From Vulcanimicrobiota bacterium (GTDB taxonomy: Bacteria > Vulcanimicrobiota > Vulcanimicrobiia > Eremiobacterales > Eremiobacteraceae): a stretch of DNA of 64,000 bases. The DNA is taken from contig CAWETU010000001.1 in the NCBI GenBank assembly GCA_963812135.1, positions 192,001 through 256,000 on the forward strand, given 5' to 3'. Position 1 is the first letter of the stretch, and every line of letters starts with the position of its first letter. Shown here piece by piece: positions 57,399 to 64,000 of this stretch. The translations under genes and the position numbers were made by a program. The notes below the pieces were generated by a model. It did not search any database and had not been told where the DNA came from. It worked only from the letters and a program-made list of their open reading frames with translations.

Positions 57399-59093
57399 CT
57401 ACAAGAGCTCCGTTCCAAGGACCGACTCGGCGAGCGCGAAGCCGGAATTTTCGTCGCGAACCGTCGCGGCTTGGCGCGGCGGCGCGCTGCCGAGCTCGAA
57501 CGCGATGCGCGGCCTGATCCCGCTGACATGTTCGATCGCGCCGGCGATCAGGGCGCTCGTGCCGGCGTCGCTCAAGCTCTCCAGGAAATGTTTCTTCGTG
57601 ACGGAGAGCGTCACCGTTTGATCGTTCGCGTCGGTGACCGTCGCGTGCTGCAGATACGCGAACACCGTATTCGAACGTTCGCGCACGGCGGTCATGACGA
57701 GATGCCACATCGCGCGCAGCTTTGTCGGCGTCAGCGATCCGGCCGCGTTGACACCCGGTGATGGCGAGACTTCGGGGACGGGGGCGCTCGCTGGAGACGC
57801 AGCGCTCTTGCCGGTCTTGCGCGCCGCCGGCGCCGCAGCAGCGGGCGTCGGCGCGGGCTTTGCCGGAGCTGGAGCGCCGCCAGATGGCGTGCTGGACGAT
57901 CCCGAGCGCTCCTCGAGCGACCGCAGCCGGTCCGAGAGGCCTTGCAGGGTGAGTTCGTCGGCCGGCACGATGATGCGCGTCAACGCGAGTTCGAGATCGA
58001 TGCGCGGCTGAGTCGACCAACGCTGCGCGACGCAATCGGAAAGCACGCGCAGCGCGGCCATGATCTTGGCGCGCCCGAGCGCGGCGGCACGCGTCGCGAT
58101 CGCCTCCGCCTCGTCCGGCGGCGCTTCCATGTCCAGCACTTCGCGGCTCGTCCGAGCGAGCAGCGCCAACCGGAACCAACGCAGCAGCTCTTTGGAAAGC
58201 CATGCCGCGTCCACGCCCATCGCTCCCGAGTCCGCGACGGCCTGCAGCGCCGCACCCGCATCCGACGCGATGACTGCGTCCACCAAGCGCTCGACGATCT
58301 CGCGATGCGACTCGCCGAACGCGGCGTCGAGCACCTGCGCGTCGATCGTTTTGCCGCCGGCAAATCCGCGCGCCTGTTCGAGCAGCACGAGCGCGTCGCG
58401 CAACGCGCCGTCGGCGAGGTGCGCGATGCGACGCGCCGCCGCGTCGTCCAACGCGATCTTCTCTCGCTTGGCCACCTCTTCGAGGCGTTTCGCGATCACC
58501 GGCGGCGTCATGCGCCGGAACTCATAGCGCTGGCAGCGCGACAGAATGGTGGCGGGCACGCGGTGCAGCTCGGTGGTCGCCAGCACGAACACGACGTATT
58601 CGGGCGGCTCTTCGAGCGTCTTGAGCAACGCGTTGAACGCTTCCGAGGTCAGCATGTGGACCTCGTCGATGATGTAGACCTTCTTGCGGAACTGCGAGGG
58701 GGCGAACTGCACGCGGTCGCGCAGCTCGCGGATCTCGTTGATGCCGCGATTGCTGGCGGCGTCGATCTCGACGACGTCGAACGCGGTGCCGGCGGCGATC
58801 GAGGTGCACGCCTCGCAGATCCCGCACGGGTCCGGCCGCGGTCCGTTGGTCAAGCAATCGAGGCACTTGGCGAGGATGCGCGCAGCCGACGTCTTGCCGG
58901 TGCCGCGCGGCCCGGAGAAGAGGTATGCGTGCGCGACGCGGCTCGATTTGACGGCCGACGTGAGGCCCTGCACGACCGCCGGTTGCCCGACGAGTTCGTC
59001 GAACGCAGCAGGGCGGTGTTTGCGATAGAGCGTCAGCGGTGCAGATGAGGCGGTTTCAGGCACGTTATGCGCTTCGGTCGATTCGCGCCGCAT
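57399..59093 (-). CDS. dnaX: DNA polymerase III gamma/tau
   Basis: LYRK.RP..F..LVGQ, HAYLFSGPRGTGKTS, EIDAASN, IIDEVHML, TI.SRCQ, G.LRDA. Confidence 0.96.
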   Translation of the reverse strand: MRRESTEAHNVPETASSAPLTLYRKHRPAAFDELVGQPAVVQGLTSAVKSSRVAHAYLFSGPRGTGKTSAARILAKCLDCLTNGPRPDPCGICEACTSIAAGTAFDVVEIDAASNRGINEIRELRDRVQFAPSQFRKKVYIIDEVHMLTSEAFNALLKTLEEPPEYVVFVLATTELHRVPATILSRCQRYEFRRMTPPVIAKRLEEVAKREKIALDDAAARRIAHLADGALRDALVLLEQARGFAGGKTIDAQVLDAAFGESHREIVERLVDAVIASDAGAALQAVADSGAMGVDAAWLSKELLRWFRLALLARTSREVLDMEAPPDEAEAIATRAAALGRAKIMAALRVLSDCVAQRWSTQPRIDLELALTRIIVPADELTLQGLSDRLRSLEERSGSSSTPSGGAPAPAKPAPTPAAAAPAARKTGKSAASPASAPVPEVSPSPGVNAAGSLTPTKLRAMWHLVMTAVRERSNTVFAYLQHATVTDANDQTVTLSVTKKHFLESLSDAGTSALIAGAIEHVSGIRPRIAFELGSAPPRQAATVRDENSGFALAESVLGTELL

Positions 59094-59095
59094 TC

Positions 59096-60655
59096 CTAGA
59101 CGCGGCGCGACGCGATGCGTGCGAGCTCGACGTAGTCGACCTTCGCGTTGTGCCGTTTATCCACAGGGATGTGCGGCAGCAGCGCGATCTCGTCGAGCTG
59201 CGCCCATGCGAGACGCCGTTTCAAAGCATCCCTGTCCAGCTTGACGCCGGCCGCGGGTTCGACGAACAGGACGCGCCGCTCTTTGATGCGTGCGATGGCG
59301 CAGCGGGCGACGCCGGTCGCATCGCTGGCGGCGCATTCGACGGCGAACGGATAGAGCGTGCCGCGGTCGTCGCGGATCGCCCCGGCGCAGCGCCCCAACA
59401 GCCAAAGGCGGCCGTGCGTATCTCGATAGCCGAGATCTCCGGTGCGATGCCATGCGACGCCGTCGACGCGGAACTTGGTCTCTGCGTCGCCGATGCCGCC
59501 GAGATAGCCCGGCAAGACGTGCGGACCGCTCACCACGATCTCGCCGGGCGTGCCGGCGGGCAACCGCTGCGCTTCGAATTCAGCCGCAGCCATCGCCTCG
59601 ATGGGCGTGCCCCAACGGTTCGGGATGATCGAAAGCTCGATCGAGGGCACGGGGACGCCCGCCAGAAGGCCGGCGCCGGCGTGCATCGCCTCACGATCGT
59701 CCGGCAAGACGTCGTCGCGCGCGATGTCGGCGATCGGCTCGGCCTCGGTCGACCCGTACACCGCGGTGATGCGCGCGCGTGGCGCCGCAGCGGCGGCAAG
59801 ATCGAGTTGCTCCGGAAAGACCGGCGCGCCGCCCGCGAACACGCGGCGCACGCCCTTGAGCGAACGCCCGCGCGAGACGCAATACAGCGCGAGACGCTTC
59901 AGCAGCGCCGGCGACGCGACGATGCTGCGCGCGTCGTACCGCTCCATCTGTTCGAACAGCGCCGCCGGGTCGGCGGCGCCGGGCCGGCGCACGTCGACGC
60001 CGGGGATAAGACTGGTGACGCCGGCGGCGAGATTCGCGAGCAGCACGATCGGCATCGTGGCGGTGTCGACCGTGCCGGCATCGAGGCGCAACGCGGCGGA
60101 CAACGCCGTGAGCTGTGCGGCGAGCACGCCGTGACTGCGCGCGGCTGCCTTGGGCGCGCCGGTGCTGCCGCTGGTGAACGTGATGAGCGCCGGGTCATCG
60201 GGAGCCCGCGGCACGAGGGGCGTCCGCGCGCGCTGCGTCCCAAGCCGGATCGTCGCCGGCAGCGCAGACGCGCTGAACGCGCGCGGGATCGCGCGCACCG
60301 CCGGCGACACGAGACGCAACGCGTGCGCGCGCGGGCTTGCGAAGAGCGCGGCGGGTCGCACGACCGCGCAGCAACGCTCGATGAAGGCCCGGCCGTTCGA
60401 TGGATCGATGAACGCCGCCACGAGCCCGAGGCGCAGCATGCCGACGAGCGCGACATACAAGTCGATCCCCATGGGCGAAAAGACGAGCACCGCGTCGCCG
60501 GCGGATAGGCCGCTGCTCGCAAATGTCGCGGCAGCCGCTTCGCCGCGCGCCGCCAACTGCGCGAACGTGATGCGGCGATCGCGGCCGCCTTCGACGATCG
60601 CGAGCGAATCCGCGCGCTCGATGACCTGCTCGTCGAGCAGCTCGACGACGTTCAC
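59096..60655 (-). CDS. AMP-binding ligase (OleC-like)
   Basis: TFTSGSTG.PK, YGSTEAEP, HRTGD, and C-terminal PVDKRHNAKVDY. Confidence 0.9.
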   Translation of the reverse strand: MNVVELLDEQVIERADSLAIVEGGRDRRITFAQLAARGEAAAATFASSGLSAGDAVLVFSPMGIDLYVALVGMLRLGLVAAFIDPSNGRAFIERCCAVVRPAALFASPRAHALRLVSPAVRAIPRAFSASALPATIRLGTQRARTPLVPRAPDDPALITFTSGSTGAPKAAARSHGVLAAQLTALSAALRLDAGTVDTATMPIVLLANLAAGVTSLIPGVDVRRPGAADPAALFEQMERYDARSIVASPALLKRLALYCVSRGRSLKGVRRVFAGGAPVFPEQLDLAAAAAPRARITAVYGSTEAEPIADIARDDVLPDDREAMHAGAGLLAGVPVPSIELSIIPNRWGTPIEAMAAAEFEAQRLPAGTPGEIVVSGPHVLPGYLGGIGDAETKFRVDGVAWHRTGDLGYRDTHGRLWLLGRCAGAIRDDRGTLYPFAVECAASDATGVARCAIARIKERRVLFVEPAAGVKLDRDALKRRLAWAQLDEIALLPHIPVDKRHNAKVDYVELARIASRRV

Positions 60656-61581
60656 GCGCCCGCGAGCTCCTTCGCGAAGAGCGTATAGCCGCGCATGGTG
60701 GCGCCGAAACGCTCGCTCAGATCGACCGATGCGTTCTCGTCGTACATCAAGGCGTGGATGCAGCGCGTGTAGCCGCGCGCGTGCGCCGCGCTGCGACAGC
60801 GCTCGAGCAGCACGCCTCCAAGGCCCGTGAAGCGCGCATGCGGATCGCGCGCCAGCGTCTTGACGATCATCGTATCGGCCGGCAGCCCGCGTTTGGGACG
60901 CAATAGATCCGGCAATCCGAACACGAAACCGGCGACGCGGGCGTCGTGCTCTGCGATGAAGACGATCGCGGGATCGATCATCTCGCGCAGCGGCGCGTAC
61001 ATCGCCACGAACTCCTCCTCGCCGATCGGACTGTACAGGAAGTTGCTCGCGAAGCTCGCCAGCGACACGCGGTGGATCGCGCGCATCTCGGTCTCAAAGC
61101 GCTGCAGATCGAGCGGCCGGATGCGGACGCCGCTCGATGCGAGCCGCTGTTCGATCTCGGGCGCTTTGGGATCGCGGATCTCCAAGCCGCGGTCGAGCGC
61201 CGACGTGTAGTGGGCCAGCGGCTCGAAGCCGGCCGCGCGGAAATACGCGGGCCACTCATCGGGATTGTGCGGTTCGAGGAAAAACGGCGGGTCGGCGCCG
61301 CGCTCGGTGACGAAGCGATACGAATGCCAGGTGCTGCCGTCCATCGGCCCCACCGCCAGCGTGCAGCCTTGCGCTGCGAGCTGCTCGGTCGCGCGAGCGA
61401 GCACGATTGCAGCAGCGCGCTCGCCGTCGGCTTCGAAATCGCCGATCCGTCCGACGCGGTGCGCGGCATACGCCGGCGGGTCGTTCCACCACACGCCGCA
61501 GCGCGCGTGCTGCCCGCCCTCGATCTCCACACGCACCTGCGCGTCGGCCCGCTGAGATGGTTGTGCGGGCTGTCCGCTCAT
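60652..61581 (-). CDS. GNAT-family N-acyltransferase
   Basis: GPMDGSTW.SYRF, FFLEP.NP, F..NFLY.PI, KTLA..P...GLG, HALM. Confidence 0.82.
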   Translation of the reverse strand: MSGQPAQPSQRADAQVRVEIEGGQHARCGVWWNDPPAYAAHRVGRIGDFEADGERAAAIVLARATEQLAAQGCTLAVGPMDGSTWHSYRFVTERGADPPFFLEPHNPDEWPAYFRAAGFEPLAHYTSALDRGLEIRDPKAPEIEQRLASSGVRIRPLDLQRFETEMRAIHRVSLASFASNFLYSPIGEEEFVAMYAPLREMIDPAIVFIAEHDARVAGFVFGLPDLLRPKRGLPADTMIVKTLARDPHARFTGLGGVLLERCRSAAHARGYTRCIHALMYDENASVDLSERFGATMRGYTLFAKELAGA

Positions 61582-62972
61582 GGAAGTGCAGGCGCTCCAG
61601 CCGCGGATCGAAACGCCCATAGGACTGCGAGGCCCGCCGCAGACACGAGCAGCGCCACAATGCCTTGCCGCACCCAGCGCGTTTCCATCTGATAATCGTT
61701 GACGCTGGGCTGCACCCAATAGAAAACCTGCACCCCCGCGGCCACGAACGGCAGGGCGAGCAACCCTGCGTCGACCCACGCACGCGTTTCGTGCACGTAT
61801 GCGAAGAACGGGATGATCGGCGCAAAGATCGCGAGCCAGCTCACCAACGACGCGGCGATAAGCGCCCGGACGCGCCCGAGCGTGGGTCGCTCGTGCATCG
61901 TGTGCCTCGCCTCGAAGATCGCCATGTGGATGGCGAAGCCCAACATATACGCGAAGAAGAACGCCGGTTGTCGCACGCCAAGCGGAAGGTGTGGATCGCC
62001 GTACGTCGCCGCGAGCACCACCCAGATCACCCCGGCGAGACTCACGCTTTCGACCGTGTGGACATTGTGGCGGCGATATCCCTCGTCTTTTGCGGAGACG
62101 CGGACGCCGTGGCGAGCATCGTTGATCACGATCGCCGCCGGCGCGAGCAGCCACATCCATCCGCCGAGCGCCCAGGCGACGAACGCGAACAACACGCATG
62201 CCATCAGTGCGTCGTCGTCGAGCGTCGATTGACGCCGTAGCGCATAGGAGAATGCGACAAACGCTAGCACGACGGCCAGTCGTATGACGAGCTCGGGCCA
62301 GCTCAAGTGGATGAAGTTCTGGAGCAGCGCGAAGCCGGCCAGCGGAATGGTGAGGTTGTCCAGGCCGCGCCACGCGATCGCCTCGACCAACATGACCAAG
62401 AAGCCGAGGATGACGGCGATGAGCAGCGCTTCCAGCCGGCCGGTCGTCGAGAACAGCAACAACGGGATATGGACGCACAGGAACGCGACGCCGAAGCACG
62501 CGAGCGAACCTTCGACGCTCTTGATGCCGTCGGGTGTGGCGAAGCGGACAGAACCGTAGCGCACGCCGACCAATGCCGCGACGGCGTCGGCGAACGTCAG
62601 CGTGAGGATCGGGATGCTGAACAGCAGTTTGTCGCCGTGCGATAGCACGAACAGCGTCGCAACGCCGATCGTATAGAAGAACTCGCCGAACGACTCGCGG
62701 TTCACCGCGTGCAGCACGCTGCCGAACTCGCGCTTCATCGCGGGCAACACCCGGATCGAGAGCAACGCCAGCGCTGCGAGCGAGGACAGGACGATGACCG
62801 GCCACGTGGCCGAGAAGATCCATGGCAGCGTGAGGCTGACCAGACCCATCCCTAGGTGCAACAGCTTGCGCGCGAGCTCCGGACCGAGCCTCGAGCGCGC
62901 CGCGCGCAGGCCGAGGAAGAGCGTGCCGAACGCGCCGAGCACGAGCGCGATGCCGAGCAGCGGCGGTATCAT
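61578..62972 (-). CDS. Phytol/dolichol kinase-like polytopic membrane protein
   Basis: ELARKLLH...G, S.GE, AD..AAL.G..YG, KS.EGS, E.....GLDNL.IP; extra C-terminal TM half. Confidence 0.85.
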   Translation of the reverse strand: MIPPLLGIALVLGAFGTLFLGLRAARSRLGPELARKLLHLGMGLVSLTLPWIFSATWPVIVLSSLAALALLSIRVLPAMKREFGSVLHAVNRESFGEFFYTIGVATLFVLSHGDKLLFSIPILTLTFADAVAALVGVRYGSVRFATPDGIKSVEGSLACFGVAFLCVHIPLLLFSTTGRLEALLIAVILGFLVMLVEAIAWRGLDNLTIPLAGFALLQNFIHLSWPELVIRLAVVLAFVAFSYALRRQSTLDDDALMACVLFAFVAWALGGWMWLLAPAAIVINDARHGVRVSAKDEGYRRHNVHTVESVSLAGVIWVVLAATYGDPHLPLGVRQPAFFFAYMLGFAIHMAIFEARHTMHERPTLGRVRALIAASLVSWLAIFAPIIPFFAYVHETRAWVDAGLLALPFVAAGVQVFYWVQPSVNDYQMETRWVRQGIVALLVSAAGLAVLWAFRSAAGAPALP

Positions 62973-64000
62973 GCGCGCACCTGCTCGACCACCAGCGCGT
63001 CATAAAAAAACGCTTTGTCTTGGTCGTGCAGGCGCGCCGCCTCGTCGATGAGCGGGAGCAGACGATTCGCCATCGCTTCGGGGCGGCTGCGCGGCACCAT
63101 CATGTTCCAGTAGACGAGGCGAGCGCCAGGCGTGCACGCGCCGGCCACCTGCTCGAGCAACGCGGCGTAGTTCTCGGCGGACATGTATTCGAAGATGTCG
63201 CTCAAGTTCGCGCCGTCGAATGCCGGCACGCTCGCTTGTTGCAGGTACGTCTCCAGCGGCAGGCGGTGCCACTCCAACCGATCGAGGTTGGCGCGGATGC
63301 GCTCGAAGTTCTCGGCGCGCAGCGCGAAGGGAAGCGCGTCGCCGTGGCGGCCGGTAAGGATCCAATGCAGGTAGGGGTTGGCGGCCGGCTCGAGATCGAC
63401 GAGCGCGTGGCGGCTGCGCGCGAGCAGGCGGTCGCCGATCGCGCCGTCGACGTAGTCGAAGAATCGCGGGTCGCGCCCGAAACGCCCCATCACCGTGCGC
63501 GAGAAGAACAATCTGAACAGCATGCGCCAACGCCACGAATCCCACGTGCGATCGTAGAACTCCGCGCGGCTCGGCGCATCCTTCGGCTCGAGCAGTTCGT
63601 CGACCGTGCGGCGCGAGTGCAGCATGGGCAAGACGCGCGAGCGGAACAGGGCGAAGTAATCTTCGAACTTTCCGGCGGCGCCGATGCCGTGCGCGATCGC
63701 GTCAACACGATCGTCCCAGAACGAGCTGGCCTCGCCGGAGAGTTGCGCGCGACATCGTTGATACAGGACGGGCCGGCGTTCGCTTGGGGTCGAGCCGATG
63801 AGCTCGAGCAGCTCTGCATGCGAGAGCGTGCGGTACGCAGCCACGCGCAGCTCCAAGCATGCGAGCTGCGCCTGCGAAAGATCGAGCGCCACCACTTTTT
63901 GCGGACCGCAGGCGAGCAGCGCGAGGGCGTTGTCGCCAGCGGATGCGATCGAGAGATACCTCTTGCCGGGCTGCACCTGCAGCGCTTGCAGCAGGACGTC
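62969..64000 (-). CDS. DUF3419 / BtaA-like SAM-dependent transferase, partial (5' end off window)
   Basis: LSIASAGDN.L, D.S..Q...LEL, GKFE.YF, NPYL, LSDIFEYM, D..FFY. Confidence 0.88.
   Translation of the reverse strand, partial: DVLLQALQVQPGKRYLSIASAGDNALALLACGPQKVVALDLSQAQLACLELRVAAYRTLSHAELLELIGSTPSERRPVLYQRCRAQLSGEASSFWDDRVDAIAHGIGAAGKFEDYFALFRSRVLPMLHSRRTVDELLEPKDAPSRAEFYDRTWDSWRWRMLFRLFFSRTVMGRFGRDPRFFDYVDGAIGDRLLARSRHALVDLEPAANPYLHWILTGRHGDALPFALRAENFERIRANLDRLEWHRLPLETYLQQASVPAFDGANLSDIFEYMSAENYAALLEQVAGACTPGARLVYWNMMVPRSRPEAMANRLLPLIDEAARLHDQDKAFFYDALVVEQVRA

Noticed and set aside
57399..59093. Programmed -1 frameshift in dnaX, or an SRP RNA upstream
   Set aside because: I saw no A-AAA-AAG slippery site, and there are only 2 nt between dnaX and the upstream gene.
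59157..59165. Perfect DnaA box TTATCCACA about 65 nt upstream of dnaX
   Set aside because: It is a single copy and coincides with the codons of the ligase's PVDK motif, so coding constraint explains it.
1..64000. Many long antisense or overlapping ORFs (e.g. 2279-3415, 17647-18336 extension, 52570-53394 extension, 59039-60508)
   Set aside because: They are Arg/Ala-rich shadow frames typical of high-GC DNA, lying opposite or overlapping well-supported genes.

Overview
High-GC bacterial chromosomal window, mostly housekeeping genes. The gene order resembles Terrabacteria (decarboxylase-tmk-holB, minC-minD-minE-rodA, dnaX-ybaB-recR) alongside diderm traits (TonB-like proteins, lipoprotein), so a Ca. 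Eremiobacterota/Vulcanimicrobiota-like origin is a tentative inference only. I found no rRNA, tRNA, CRISPR array, integrase or IS. The strongest candidate for an undescribed system is the visibly less GC-rich block at about 11.9-13.9 kb. It holds a 58-aa ORF with three tandem H-x-x-E-T-L-I-T cores, whose DNA copies differ at synonymous positions, convergent with a multi-TM, catalytically degenerate HD-GYP protein. Both genes have CRP/FNR-type boxes upstream, which suggests a peptide-signal/receptor module. Other notable items: (1) a 25-aa uORF ending FWEFW plus two hairpins in the leader of an Orn/Lys/Arg decarboxylase; (2) a divergent 56-aa small protein on a bidirectional promoter; (3) tandem minD paralogs with four phased DnaA-box-like repeats upstream; (4) four genes that seem to need non-canonical starts (ATA, CTG, ACG); (5) an operator-controlled uppS paralog operon; (6) an uncharacterised DUF3419/phytol-kinase/GNAT/AMP-ligase lipid operon at the right edge. 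Four single-base insertions in conserved genes are probably assembly errors.
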